Part shown: positions 27,150-42,023 of the stretch, one piece after another | Position numbering within the stretch: position 1 is the first letter of the stretch | Layout of the letters: each line of letters begins with the position of its first letter | Origin: Octopus sinensis | Taxonomy: Eukaryota | Length of the DNA stretch: 64,000 bases | Reading direction: 5' to 3' | Assembly (NCBI RefSeq): GCF_006345805.1 | Contig: NC_043005.1 | Location: 101,928,001 to 101,992,000 of the forward strand | Translations under genes and position numbers: made by a program | The notes under the pieces: model-generated | Told to the model about the DNA's origin: nothing | The model's input: the letters and a program-made list of their open reading frames with translations, nothing else | Database searches by the model: none

Positions 27150-27631
27150 ATGTTTAATTTATATGAAAATATATTTTCTCTTAAGGATCCATGCTGTTTA
27201 TAATGAGATTCACGAGTGAATGATTTTACAAGTTGACAAGTAAAGGGAGGTAATTGGTTGTTATTATTGTTATTGTTGTCAGTAAGGGAGATAACTCTTT
27301 AGGTTTTGGGTGGCGAAAAATATGTGTACAGAAAAGAGACAGGTTTAAAAAAAAGGGGGCCTTGTTTAGTGGGGGATTTATGTACAGTGATGTAATATGT
27401 AAAAATATAAAAATTGGTTATGCGTGCTTATTCAGAGGCGTTTTGTATTTTTTAATGAAAAAAGTTCCTTTATTTAAGTGTTCTAGTTGAGAGATTGTGT
27501 CTTTATACTGGTAGAAAGGGAAGACTGTAAAATCTGGTTTGATGTTAGCTGCACATTTTTCTATGTGATCACTAAGAGGGATTTGTCTGTATTTTCTTAA
27601 GAGAAAATATATTTTCATATAAATTAAACAT

Positions 27632-27668
27632 TGTATCATGAATAGCGATTGCGAAACCGGTCGATACA
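27632..27668 (+). ncRNA. Minimal type I hammerhead with A3:U8 core
   Basis: TGTATC ATGAATA GC-gatt-GC GAA ACCGGT C GATACA: perfect 6-bp stem I, palindromic stem III, GUC triplet. Confidence 0.72.
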
Positions 27669-27743
27669 TTAAAAATTATACAATAACCATGTAAGTGTGC
27701 GTATTTTCCGTTTTTATTTTTCTGATATATATTATATATATAT

Positions 27744-27790
<47 letters not shown>

Positions 27791-27817
27791 CATATATATA
27801 TATGTGTGTTTGTACAT

Positions 27818-27985
27818 AGGCGCAGGAATGACTGTGTGGCAAGAAGCGTACTTCCTAACCACATGTTCAGGTTCCACTCCTACTGCATGCCGCCTTGGGT
27901 AGCTGTCTTCTACTATAGCTACCGGTCGACCAAACCCTTCTGAATGGATTTGGTAGACGGAAACTGTAATAAGCCCTTCGTATAT
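27818..27985 (+). mobile_element. tRNA-derived SINE family B
   Basis: ggcgcaggaatgactgtgtggcaagaagc..gttcaggttccac..gatttggtagacggaaactg. Related copies at 29215-29340 (+) and 12780-12862 (-). Confidence 0.8.
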
Positions 27986-27990
27986 ATATA

Positions 27991-28043
<53 letters not shown>

Positions 28044-28045
28044 GC

Positions 28046-28091
<46 letters not shown>

Positions 28092-28102
28092 GCATATATA
28101 TA

Positions 28103-28152
<50 letters not shown>

Positions 28153-28959
28153 TATACATACATATACATATATATATATATATATATGTACGTATGTATA
28201 TAGGGGGGTGCACCTACTCTCTATAAGATCAGGCGTACCCATACAATTTACTTTCGAATATTTGTGTTTATATTTATTTTCAAAACTCTCCATTACAAAT
28301 CATAGTTCTCTACAGACTCCCATCCCCCCCTTCCTAACGCTAACTTTTTTCCCCATGCTTTCTCTTCCTTCTGCCTTTTTGTTGCTATCTGCATCTGTTT
28401 GTATATATCCTTCTCTATCTCTAGAGCGTGTATATTTTAATGTGTCACTTATTTTCTTAAAATATTAAAAAAAATTTATCAAACTTCTATTTATATTTTT
28501 ATATTTTATCATTTTTATGATTGTGTAGTTTAAACTTTACGTTGTCTCTTTTTATTTCTTTGTACCTTCCATTTTTTTCTTTCTTTTACTATCACGTTTC
28601 TGTCTTCTACTCTTGCTGCTTTTTTTTTGTTTTGCCCTTTCTCCCTCCCTTTCCCCTATTTCTTTGCCACACTTTAAATCTTTCACCGCCTTTTGTTTTT
28701 CTTTCTACTTCCCTTTGGAAATGTTTATGAAGTGTCACGCCATCTATCCAACTTCAGATTGAATTTTATTGTAACGTAATGCAGTACTGTAGTAGTCTAA
28801 TGATCCGTTGTTTTTAAGCAACCAGTTGCACTTGAAAGAGCCAATGCAGAGTTCCAGTTCCCTACCACCAAACTTCTGAAAAGTACCGAGGAACAAATGA
28901 GCTTCTCTAATGTTTATTGTAATATGTACTACACTTGCTTTGGAGACAATATCTAGTCA

Positions 28960-29100
28960 TAGCTCTCAAATTCCGCCGAGTTCGACTTTGCCTTGCATCC
29001 TTTCAGGGTCTATAAATTAAGTACAAGTTGCGTACGGATGTCGATCTAATCGACTGGCCCCTCTCCCAAAATTTCGGGCCTTGTGTCCAGAGTAGAAAAG
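28960..29100 (+). mobile_element. SINE family A, 5'-truncated
   Basis: ctcaaattccgccgagttcgactttgcc..aatttcgggccttgtg. Confidence 0.78.
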
Positions 29101-29385
29101 ACTATCTATTTATAGTTTTGAAGTACAATAATATCCAAGCCACTACATTGGAAGCAAACTGGATGGTGATAATCTGTTAAGCTCTGAACTCAACAGTAGC
29201 ATTTGATTGTACGCACAAAGGCGTGCCTCTGTGGTAAGAAGCTTGCTTCCAAACCATTTGGTCTTGCGTTCTATCCCATTGAGCGGCACCTTGAACACCA
29301 GGCCGACCAAAGCCTTCTGAATAGAATTCATAGTCGGAACTCGAAATAAACGCGTAGTTTATACACACACACAAATATGTATGGA

Positions 29386-29461
<76 letters not shown>

Positions 29462-29479
29462 CACGCATGCATACATACA

Positions 29480-29515
<36 letters not shown>

Positions 29516-29564
29516 TATTTCGATGTACATATACTTAAATGTTTATGTAAATACTGCATGGCAA

Positions 29565-29660
29565 GTACCAGTTACGCACTGGGGGCCATGTACTCGACTT
29601 AATCCCTTTGTCTGTCCTTGTTTGTCCCCTCTATGTTTAGCCCCTTGTGGGCAATAAAGA
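29565..29660 (+). mobile_element. SINE family A, 3' fragment
   Basis: aagtaccagttacgcactgggg..agccccttgtgggcaataaagaaat. Confidence 0.8.
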
Positions 29661-29879
29661 AATATATATGTATATATACGTATACAAACACACACACATA
29701 TATAGGAATATTTGTTTATACATTTATACGAAGTCACTCTTACACACATATTTGCATCTAAATACGCAGTTACGCATTTAACATATGTAATGCCTTACAA
29801 CGTTTCTGAATTGAAATATCTTACAATCACGCAAATACATGTGGACGTATACATGTGTAATTATGTGCATACATATCTG

Positions 29880-29959
<80 letters not shown>

Positions 29960-30017
29960 CATACATATATATATATATAATGTATATATATATATATAAT
30001 ATATATAATATATATAT

Positions 30018-30089
<72 letters not shown>

Positions 30090-30229
30090 CATGTTTGTAT
30101 GTATGCAAGTATATAGGTACCAGGACGTTTCTGTCCGTGTGTCCCTGTATTTGGTTCCATTCTCTATGAGTGTGTGATCGTGTACATTAGCCTAAAATGC
30201 AGTTTATACGAAAGAATATCGTTGTAGTT

Positions 30230-30790
30230 TTTCAATACTTCAATCAAGAAATTACCACAAGTTCTGAATACATCTTTAGACAGGTTCCTTCGTCAAAAAT
30301 ATCATCCAAAGCCTCACTCGTTTATTATTTTTCATCTCTCCTGCTTTCCTTCTCCCAGCCAAACAAACTCTTTCCCTCTTCCTATAGACACAATGAAATT
30401 TAATGCAGTATCTAATTTATATAACTTCATACGTAATCTTTGATCTCTAGTCTCAACGACTTATTGTGTTGATTCCATTAAGTCTATACATAACTTGCTG
30501 CTGCTTTCTCTTACTCAGTTTTTATTTTGCCATATCTTTTTTGCTGTTTTACAGAAAATCTATCTTCATCTTCATGAAGCCATGACAGTTCAAGAGATAC
30601 ATATCGTTTTGCTTCGAAAGTTCTATAGCAAACTTGTAGCCGCATAAGTGATATTATTCATCGTCAGATGTCCTTCTCGCTAATTGCTCTGTAATATTGA
30701 ATTACTGCAGCATCTCTGCCATATTTTCCACGTGTTCTGAGATCATAGTTGCTCATCATTTATCTCTGCCCATATTTATATCGTTTTAAT
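30230..30790 (-). pseudogene. Possible highly decayed RTE-like RT remnant
   Basis: Faint motifs TMNNITYAATSLL (cf. INNLRYADD) and IWQNKKLS; many stops. Confidence 0.3.
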
Positions 30791-30926
30791 TTCATTGATT
30801 GAGTCATTCATTCTTTCTTCCTTCATTTTTCTTCGTTGCTTCCTTTCTTTTTTTCATTCCATCTTTATTAAGCCATAAGTGTGAGTGATATATGTATATG
30901 TACGTTTATACATACATACATACGTG

Positions 30927-31004
<78 letters not shown>

Positions 31005-31050
31005 TTATGTGTGTGATATATGTGTATATGTGCATATTTACATATGTATA

Positions 31051-31081
<31 letters not shown>

Positions 31082-31488
31082 CAATAATAATAATAATAAC
31101 AATAATAATAATAATATTAGGGAGTATGGCTCCAAACTTACAAGGAAAATTAAATTTAGTATTAAATCAAATTTCACAGTATAAATATATAAAATATGAA
31201 TTAGGGATAAAACCACTATTAGGCAACTCATACAGTGATAGACATAAACCAATACATAAATAACAAAACATATAAATATAATTAATATAATATATAATAT
31301 ATATATATAAAAAAAATTTTTTTTTCCAAAAGTATAAAAAGAATGATAAATATAATCACTGTTTGAGTTGCTGATAGTAGTTTTATCTCTCATCCATATT
31401 TTATATACATACATACATACATATATATATATTATATATATATATATATATATTTTATATATAATATATATATATATATATGTATATA

Positions 31489-31532
<44 letters not shown>

Positions 31533-31606
31533 TCTGCAGAGACCAGAATATATTCTGCAGAATATATTATATATTATATATATAATGTATATATTTATAT
31601 ATATAT

Positions 31607-31661
<55 letters not shown>

Positions 31662-32312
31662 ATAATATATATATATATATTTGTGTCCGTGGTTGTGTGT
31701 GGTTTTGTAACATGCATTTATCTCTCACATGTACTCAGATATTGATCTTTCATCTCAAATTCACTGAACCGTTTCAAAAATCATCACTGAGATCAAATAA
31801 CACATAAAGGATAGTGATAAATATAGTAAGACAAATAAGGTAAATCAGAAAATTAAGGTAAGTACGATAGCGTTTCGAAAAGCGCGAAGGTGTTTTTATG
31901 CGTTATTTCTCTTGAACATAATAGTTCACCGTTTTCAAACCACATTAATTCAAAAGATGACTCATCTTTTGGACTTGCGATAGTGAATAAGCTGCAATGA
32001 GCTGCTATCACATATTTTAACTTTTTAGAAAAAATACATATGATCTTTATGCATAAAGCAGTATATAGAAACAAAGAGATATATATAGAGACTTTTATCT
32101 TTTACATATAATATATATACATATGAGTGAATATACGTGTGTGTGTGTATTTGTGTGTGTGTATTCGTATATGTGTATTTATTCAGATAAATGAATGTAC
32201 GAGGCCAAAGTGGTTATGGTGTTGCACTGATGCTCAAAAGGTCGTAGTTTCGAATCCCCGTCCAGGCAGTGTTCTTGGTTCATTCTGGTTCATTCTGCCC
32301 TAAATGAATGAA

Positions 32313-32815
32313 CTGCTACGTCGTGTTGGGCTTCTACGTCGTGTTGGGCTGCTACGTCGTGTTGGGCTGCTACGTCGTGTTGGGCTGCTACGTCGGATTG
32401 GGCTGCTACGTCGGATTGGGCTGTTACGTAGGGTTGTGCTGCTACGTCGGGTTGGGCTGTTACGTCGGATTGGGCTGTTACGTCGGATTGGGCTGCTACG
32501 TCGGATTGGGCTGCTACGTAGGGTTGGGCTGTTACGTAGGGTTGGGCTGCTACGTCGGGTTGGGCTGTTACGTCGGATTGGGCTGTTACGTCGGATTGGG
32601 CTGTTACGTCGGGCTAGGCTGCTACGTCGGGTTGTGCTGCTACGTCGGGTTGGGCTACTACGTCGGGTCGGGCTACTACGTAGTGTTGGGCTGCTACGTC
32701 GGGTTGGGCTACTACGTCGGGTCGGGCTGCTACGTAGGATTGTGCTGCTACGTCGGGTTGTGCTGCTACGTCGGGTTGTGCTGCTACGTCGGATTGGGCT
32801 GCTATATCGGGTTGG
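32313..32815. repeat. 18-bp GC-rich minisatellite (gctgctacgtcgggttgg), ~28 copies
   Basis: Tandem units read directly. Confidence 0.95.
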
Positions 32816-33963
32816 CAGCCCAACCAGAATAATGCAGTGATATCAGTGTCTTATATACCAAGGAAACTAGATAACTGGCTTTTTGAGTCAGTAATATCCA
32901 GGAAACTTATGTTGTTGTTTTTTTTAAGTCACTCGAAATTACAGTTCTATGATGAATTCGATTTAAAGTCACAAGATAAAGAAACGTAAGCAAAATAGGC
33001 AACACGTATTCCATGAAACAACGGAAAAGACTATGTCTTGCTGAATAGCACTGATCAGACATATTTTATCAGATGTGATTCTTTTGCCTTCACCAACTCC
33101 AATTAATATTCGTCATTGTGCATGAGTTTACTACTTACTTGAAAGGTAATATTAATTAGCTGAGCACTGATTGAATGGAATCTACAGTAATATTGACATA
33201 TATAGTGATTCTAATACTTTCGCAGCTTCAATGACACGAATGTTAACATGCTAAATTATATTCAGGTTTAATGTTTCGATGTGAATTCCGTGACTATTAA
33301 TTAATGCTAACATTTCCAATCCAGAAGCACCGTATAGCGAACAAGTTCCCACTTTATATTGACAACGGTATAAATAAAATAGAATAAAATAAAATTAGGA
33401 ATAAAATAAAAGTGAGTAATATGATTTTCATTTTTATAACAACAATGTGAAAAAAATATTGACTTACTTCTGCTTTATTCTGACTTCATCAGCGAAGTAT
33501 GGCATTTACATTCTTTGCCGAAGTAGTAGTAAAATAATCTATTTAGTCTATATACATGTTAGTACGTTGACTTAGGAACGTAGATTCCTTCAGAAAATAA
33601 TTTTAACACACAATGCACACATAAAGAACCACAAAGATAAATAAATAAATGAATAAATAAATAAGGCGGCGCTGATATATTTCTAGCAGAGCCAGTTACA
33701 ATGTAAGTAAAAGTAATTAAGCATTTTACTTATATAATTATTAGAGATTCTGCAAATATTTTCAAGTAAGCATTATAACAATAAACAATTAACAACTAAG
33801 TACAAAATTTTCATTACAACCACTTTGTTATGGGTCTGATACCCGTGTGTATATGTGAATGTATATACACGTTTATATATGAATGTCTATACATGAACGT
33901 ATGTATATGCACACAATCACACATACACACAAAGACACAACCACTCTCACACCACACACACAC

Positions 33964-34011
<48 letters not shown>

Positions 34012-34215
34012 ATAGAGCAGCAGAAAGCACTGATTTACCCAGGATCCTTGTGTAAAAAGAAGGATCATTAGGGAGTTGCAGAAATATTTTCACAGCATCT
34101 CGCTTCCGTTTTGGAAACTTAGCACCCTATAGAGTATTTTACCGAGAAATTGAGAAATACCTCTTGGAACATGAACGCTAATAATACATTCACTTTTATA
34201 TATGAAAATACCCAC

Positions 34216-36354
34216 GTGTTTCAGTTTGTGTATGTGTGTGTGTTAACTGTTTTCTGTGTGTTTCAGTTTGTGTATGTGTGTATGTTAACTGTTTTCTGTG
34301 TGTTTCAGTTTGTGTATGTGTGTATGTTATCTGTTTTCTGTATGTTTCAGTTTGTGTATGTGTGTATGTTAACTGTTTTCTGTGTGTTTCAGTTTGTGTA
34401 TGTGTGTATGTTAACTGTTTTCTGTGTGTTTCAGTTTGTGTATGTGTGTATGTTATCTGTTTTCTGTATGTTTCAGTTTGTGTATGTGTGTATGTTAACT
34501 GTTTTCTGTGTGTTTCAGTTTGTGTATGTGTGTATGTTATCTGTTTTCTGTGTGTTTCAGTTTGTGTATGTGTGTATGTTAACTGTTTTCTGTGTGTTTC
34601 AGTTTGTGTATGTGTGTATGTTATCTGTTTTCTGTATGTTTCAGTTTGTGTATGTGTGTATGTTAACTGTTTTCTGTGTGTTTCAGTTTGTGTATGTGTG
34701 TATGTTAACTGTTTTCTGTGTGTTTCAGTTTGTGTATGTGTGTATGTTATCTGTTTTCTGTGTGTTTCAGTTTGTGTATGTGTGTATGTTATCTGTTTTC
34801 TGTGTGTTTCAGTTTGTGTATGTGTGTATGTTATCTGTTTTCTGTGTGTTCAGTTTGTGTATGTGTGTATGTTATCTGTTTTCTGTGTTGTTTCAGTTTG
34901 TGTATGTGTGTGTATGTTAACTGTTTTCTGTGTGTTTCAGTTTGTGTATGTGTGTGTATGTTATCTGTTTTCTGTATGTTTCAGTTTGTGTATGTGTGTA
35001 TGTTAACTGTTTTCTGTGTGTGTTTCAGTTTGTGTATGTGTGTATGTTAACTGTTTTCTGTGTGTTTCAGTTTGTGTATGTGTGTATGTTAACTGTTTTC
35101 TGTGTGTTTCAGTTTGTGTATGTGTGTATGTTAACTGTTTTCTGTGTTTTTCAGTTTGTGTATGTTAACTGTTTTCTGTGTGTTTCAGTTTGTGTATGTG
35201 TGTATGTTATCTGTTTTCTGTGTGTTTCAGTTTGTGTATGTGTGTATGTTATCTGTTTTCTGTGTGTTTCAGTTTGTGTATGTGTGTATGTTATCTGTTT
35301 TCTGTGTGTTTCAGTTTGTGTATGTGTGTATGTTAACTGTTTTCGGTGTGTTTCAGTTTGTGTATGTGTGTATGTTATCTGTTTTCTCTGTGTTTCAGTT
35401 TGTGTATGTGTGTATGTTATCTGTTTTCTGTGTGTTTCAGTTTGTGTATGTGTGTATGTTATCTGTTTTCTGTGTGTTTCAGTTTGTGTATGTGTGTATG
35501 TTAACTGTTTTCTGTGTGTTTCAGTTTGTGTATGTGTGTATGTTAACTGTTTTCTGTGTGTTTCAGTTTGTGTATGTGTGTATGTTAACTGTTTTCTGTG
35601 TGTTTCAGTTTGTGTATGTGTGTATGTTAACTGTTTTCTGTGTGTTTCAGTTTGTGTATGTTAACTGTTTTCTGTGTGTTTCAGTTTGTGTATGTGTGTA
35701 TGTTATCTGTTTTCTGTGTGTTTCAGTTTCTGTATGTGTGTACGTTATCTGTTTTCTGTGTGTTTCAGTTTGTGTATGTGTGTATGTTATCTGTTTTCTC
35801 TGTGTTTCAGTTTGTGTATGTGTGTATGTTATCTGTTTTCTCTGTGTGTTTCAGTTGTGTATGTGTGTATGTTAACTGTTTTCTGTGTGTTCAGTTTGTG
35901 TATGTGTGTATGTTAACTGTTTTCTGTGTGTTTCAGTTTGTGTATGTGTGTATGTTAACTGTTTTCTGTGTGTTTCAGTTTGTGTATGTGTGTATGTTAA
36001 CTGTTTTCTGTGTGTTTCAGTTTGTGTATGTGTGTATGTTATCTGTTTTCTGTGTGTTTCAGTTTGTGTATGTTTGTATGTTAACTGTTTTCTGTGTGTT
36101 TCAGTTTGTGTATGTGTGTATGTTATCTGTATTCTGTGTGTTTCAGTTTGTGTATGTGTGTATGTTATCTGTTTTCTGTGTGTTTCAGTTTGTGTATGTG
36201 TGTATGTTATCTGTTTTCTGTGTGTTTCAGTTTGTGTATATGTGTATGTTATCTGTTTTCTGTGTGTTTCAGTTTGTGTATGTGTGTATGTTATCTGTTT
36301 TCTGTGTGTTTCAGTTTGTGTATGTGTGTATGTTATCTGTTTTCTGTGTGTTTC
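34216..36354. repeat. 42-bp tandem satellite (tttcagtttgtgtatgtgtgtatgtta(a/t)ctgttttctgtgtg), ~50 copies
   Basis: Tandem units; 14-aa periodicity in the ORF track. Confidence 0.97.
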
Positions 36355-36689
36355 TGCGTAAATCCTTTTGTTTATACCAAGGAGAGATTTTATATATACC
36401 TTGTATATACATTGACAAAGACTTTGTGTTAAAGAAGTACCCAGTATTGTTTGCATTATTAATACCTTAAATGAAACATAGTGATGGCTTCATTATATTT
36501 TACTTTTAAAATGTTAATAAGAAACTTCAGTGTATCATATTAGACATTTCTTTACATGTATTTAGTCTTTGTCAGAATATATCTAACTCTAGTTAGGTAA
36601 ATAGTGCTTCTACATTAAATATGTAAACATTATGTCTTTGAATTAAAATTCCAGCACTTTTACATTGTGATATTTATTTTGGTAAAATA

Positions 36690-37160
36690 TTGGGTTGCCC
36701 GGAAAGTTCGTGCCGATTTATAGTAGCTTACATTTCGACTTATATTAGAACATGGTTGAGTCCATAAAATAGGATTTGACTACACCTCCATTTAGAGCAC
36801 AGTTTAAGCTATCTTTGGGAACCAGACAAAAATTGCTGCAGCTCGGCTGAGATGTGTTACCCCACTCTCCATATTCACCAGATATTGCTCCTTCGGATTT
36901 CCACTTATTCTGGTCTCTGCAGAATAGTTTTAACAGTAAAAGTTTCAATTCCTTGGATGACGTAAAAAGATACCTTGATTAATTCTTTGCTATTAAACCA
37001 CCTCGATTCTGGGAAGAGGGTATTTTCAAGTTAAAGGAAAGAGGGAGACGCATTGTGCAACAAAATGGTTCATATTTGGTTGATTAAAACTGTAATGGCA
37101 AGTGTTTATTGACCTTTTTCTTTCCTTTAAAAATCGGCACGAACTTTCCGGATAACCCAA
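36690..37160 (+). mobile_element. Non-autonomous mariner derivative
   Basis: TA-flanked TIRs ttgggttgcccggaaagttcgtgccgattt / aaatcggcacgaactttccggataacccaa. C-terminal PYSPDIAPSDFHLF. Confidence 0.92.
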
Positions 37161-37544
37161 TAGTCAGCACGCCGGTCGAAATGCTTAGTATTTCGTTCCT
37201 CTTTATGTTCTAAGAACCTGTTAAGTACTAGGCTTCGATGTAATCAACTTATGTAGTTGAGCAGCATCAAGAAGCTGACAGACAATTAAGAGGTGTGGGA
37301 GCAAAGGTTTGCAGATGAAATGTTCGGCAATTTAATTAATAAAAGTAGAAAATAAAACAAAACTTTAAGGATCAATAAGCAGACCTGGTGAAAGATTAAG
37401 TTAGATACGTTTAGATCAAAATCCAAACACTATAACCCAACATTCAACAATAAGCAATGACTCTACAGCTCTACAAAATCGATAAAGTGACATTATGTAA
37501 ACGACCACAGTTTAAGTTATTATATCATGATTCAGGACCAGCTA

Positions 37545-37835
37545 CTGCAACAGCCTGGGTTTCAAGGTCCCACAGCTTTTTAATATATCCCAAAGAGTCT
37601 GAGGAACTTGCCCAAAGTAGATGTAGCGGTTTTTAAATCAAAGCTGGACCTCTTCCTGTCGGGAGTCCCAGATAAACCTATCTCACGGCAAGTGGTGCAA
37701 ATGAGGGTAGCTATATCAAACTCCATTCTTCACCAAGTGCCACATATTAGAGGAGGCTCTTAGTAATAACAGTGTAGCACAAAACGGCGGTGCATCAGCA
37801 TGGCCGCAGTTCTGAGCTGAAACTAACAAAAAAAG
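37545..37835 (+). mobile_element. 3' end of a CR1/L2-group LINE
   Basis: FKGPQLFN..PKSLRNL..FKSKLDLFLSGVPDKP...SNSILHQV across a small frameshift, then a short UTR and an A-run. Confidence 0.6.
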
Positions 37836-38361
37836 GATAAACATCATTTTTTCATTAAATATTCAAAGGGTTAACTTTCATCCCACGCATATACAGTATA
37901 TTACAAAAAGCGGTAACGCTTTGTTTTGAATTTCCTGGCTTTGTAAATCATATTACACGATGTCACACGCATATAATAAAGCCAAATGATAGAGCGGTAT
38001 AAAGACATTCTTATTGTATGCTAGCTACAATCTTTGCATTTCAACAAAGACTGAACGCGGGTGAAGACAGACACACAAGATGCCATTATGCTCAGGTATG
38101 AAGAAGATGAGATATGCTCGGTGGTATAATTGTATTCGTGATACGAGAATAGAAAATTCTTACCAAGTGTGTAATTGCTATAAAGATAAAATCACAACAC
38201 ACATTTTATTTGATTCGATGAGTACGTCACTGATTAAATAAACAGCTTGGATGAACTAAAAGTTTTATATGTGCGCGTGCGTTTATATATATACATACAA
38301 ACATACATATATACATGCATATATATATATACATATATATATATATATGTATTTATATATA

Positions 38362-38588
38362 TATTTCTTTACTGCCCACAAAGGACTAAACATAGAGGGG
38401 ACAAACAAGGACAGACAAAAGGAATAAGTCGATTACATGGACCCCAGTGCGAAACTTTTATTTATCGACCCAGACAGGATGAGAGGCAAAGTCGACCTCG
38501 GCGGAATTTGAACTCAGAAGGTAACGACAGACGAAATACCGCTAAACATTTCGCCCGGCGCGTTAACGTTTCTGCCAGCTCGCCGCAT
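38362..38588 (-). mobile_element. SINE family A, full length
   Basis: Reverse complement of the 561-790 consensus. Confidence 0.88.
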
Positions 38589-38619
38589 TCTATATGTATA
38601 TAATGTATGTGTATATATG

Positions 38620-38653
<34 letters not shown>

Positions 38654-39083
38654 CTACATGATGAATTTATTCGTAAAATTCTTCCCGGCATGCCCGCGTA
38701 AATTTTGCGTCTGCGCAGAGATTTGAAAAGTTAAGATCTGCTAGTAGTCGGGTTTAACGTATAGCCCCACATCGCTGCAGACCTCGATTAAATTCAGGCA
38801 ACTCGCTGATGAAGCTGGCCTTAGCAAACATATTCTGTGTTTTGCTAGAAAGAAGCAGAAACCGCGGTACGAGTTGTTAAAGTTATCGGTAAACGTTTTT
38901 GATTTTCACTCTCGATAAATTCATCCCCTTTTTGTGTTCCCAGCACTCGGCATCTTTATTTAGGAGCCCTTAATTGTATAACTAAATGAATAATATTTTT
39001 CTATATGAATAATATTTTTGTCTTATGACTAATTCGTCTTTTGTGCTGGGCACCTGGTAGTAAATAATATTACTACCCTTCTT

Positions 39084-39165
<82 letters not shown>

Positions 39166-40747
39166 TTTGGCGGGGTAGTGTATAGGTTGGTGGATGTACA
39201 TGCATACATCATAAGTAATGATTTCTTTAATTACCACTAAGGGTTTGGAAGAGCAAAATAAATAAATAAATAAATAAAGTAAGAAAGAAACGCTAGGGAT
39301 GGTACTGAAAAATAAAATGTGGTGTTATATAAATATCCAAAATCTCCCAAAGAAGGTTACTGCCTAAGTTTGCCTGCGAAAACCCCACAAAATCCTGGTC
39401 GCCGTGACCACTAGGGTAAGTACCCTCGCCACATCATTATCTTACAATTTACAGGTGCATGCCTAGAGTAGGCTCGTTCACTCGGATTATTCGTGCCACA
39501 TTCGACCACCTCTCAGCAAAATTGCTGGGAAGCAGCACTTCCTATTCTTTCCTCAAATTCCTTTTCGAGTGTAACTTGTAAAAGTTGTTGATGGTTTGGC
39601 CAAAGACGAAATAGCCTGTCTTCAACCCTTTAAATTTAGTGGACGATACAATATTTTCCTTAAGGCTAGCAGACAAAGAAATAATATTTTTAGACTACAC
39701 ACATTAATTCAATGTTAGAACTAATAATTGTTTTCACCTTATATTTTGTTTTGAAATAATATTCTTTTATTTCTAGTCAGTATTGTTCCCTGGCACTAAT
39801 AACCATTTGCTTGTTTAGAGAGACAAAAGATCGCCATATACATCGCAAATGTTGTTGTTTAACTCAACGAAAATAACAGAACAACAGTATCTAATACACA
39901 CATCAAAAATCAATTTAATTTCTAAATCGTAACATAGATTGAGTTTTTTTGCAATCTTTCTTCTTGCTTCAAATACATTTCATAACGAAATTTCTATAAT
40001 TTATTTTCGTTAAGTAGAATAATCATACTTAAATCATTTCAAGATTTTTCAACTTGCATTTATCTTGGCCATGTCTTAATGTTTAATCGATTTAAATTAA
40101 TTTGGGATTCTCTAAACGCTTTGAGAAATTATATTTTAAATGATGAAGCTAATAGATAAATTAATCAATTTTATTTAATTATATGGTTATTTCTATATTT
40201 ATTTATTTTCAATCAACTTTTCGTTTTTGATTTATTTTTTAATATAATTTTTTGCGATAATAATTTTCGTAAACACAGATTGAACTTAGAAAACAGGTGC
40301 GAATGATCATTGGTGCAATTGAGATATTGATTTTTCTGGCCTACAGACCAGGCATCGAATCGATAATTGTAGAAGAGAGACAGGCTTTGCGCAAGATCCG
40401 TTTCATTCCCAAGGGCAATTAGGGAAAGATTAATGGAAAAATGGAAAAATGAATATATTGCCATTACAAGAAATCAGTATTCAAATTTGCTTCATATCTT
40501 TGTCCTGTAGTAAAGGTATATGCGTAATTAAAAGTGAGTATAAAAATCTATATATTTTCCATTAAATTTTGTTCTGTGTTTAGGATGATAAAAGTGTTCG
40601 ATATCTTAGAAAATGATGAGGAATAAGAAGAAAAGATGGTTAAATCTTCATTTTGAACATTTAGCAGTGTTATGTACTTTAACATACAATTGAGTGCGGA
40701 TCAATTTTTCGCTTTTAGGCATTGAAATATTGGTTTCACAGAAACAA

Positions 40748-41460
<713 letters not shown>

Positions 41461-41971
41461 TATCTTCCTGTCTGTTTGTCTATCTATTTAACTATTCAAA
41501 AAGTCTCTGGATAAAAAAACATATTTATAATAAATCTGAATCTACCATCAGAATCCTTACAATAGACATGTGCTTGTGAATTTACATTCAAATATATAAT
41601 ACACGCCCGTACACACATAGAGAGTCACAGACACACAAACACAGACACAGATACACACACACACACACACACAAACACACAGACACATACATGATCGCAT
41701 GCATTTACATATGCACAGACACGTACACATACATAAATACATATATATGGCATTAAAGCACACGTTCTATAATTTAATTGTGCTCAACAACTGTTTCGTT
41801 AAGATAAACGTACGGCATTAAATGTATGATTTCTTAATTCTGATATATGATTAATTAATTAAAATTTATGACTCGAAAATCTCTGTTCCCAAATCCTCAT
41901 GAAACGTGGGTTATGTTAATCAGAAATCTTCTAACAGTTTAAATATATATATGTATATATATATATATAAT

Positions 41972-42023
<52 letters not shown>

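Larger units (their letters stand above)
27058..27723 (-). mobile_element. 5'-truncated Penelope-like element with inverted pLTR
   Basis: Inverted arms at 27058-27185 and 27596-27723. The internal minus-strand peptide [26 protein letters not shown]...FFIKKYKTPLN resembles a PLE GIY-YIG C-terminus. Confidence 0.75.

Noticed and set aside
31860-31990. GAA-ACGctatCGT-A half-hammerhead and a small palindrome (caaaagatgactcatcttttg)
   Set aside because: No upstream CUGANGA-like core or stem I partner was found.
32304-32840. Arg-rich LLRRVG and CYVGLG repeat proteins
   Set aside because: An artefact of a stop-free 18-bp minisatellite.
34150-36470. Long Cys/Val/Phe ORFs or a CRISPR-like array
   Set aside because: Spacerless 42-bp tandem satellite in eukaryotic DNA; no unique spacers or cas genes.
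39380-40440. Short open frames with isolated splice-like signals (39415 donor / 39453 acceptor; 40290-40420)
   Set aside because: The implied intron is only 39 nt, phases are inconsistent, and no peptide is recognisable.
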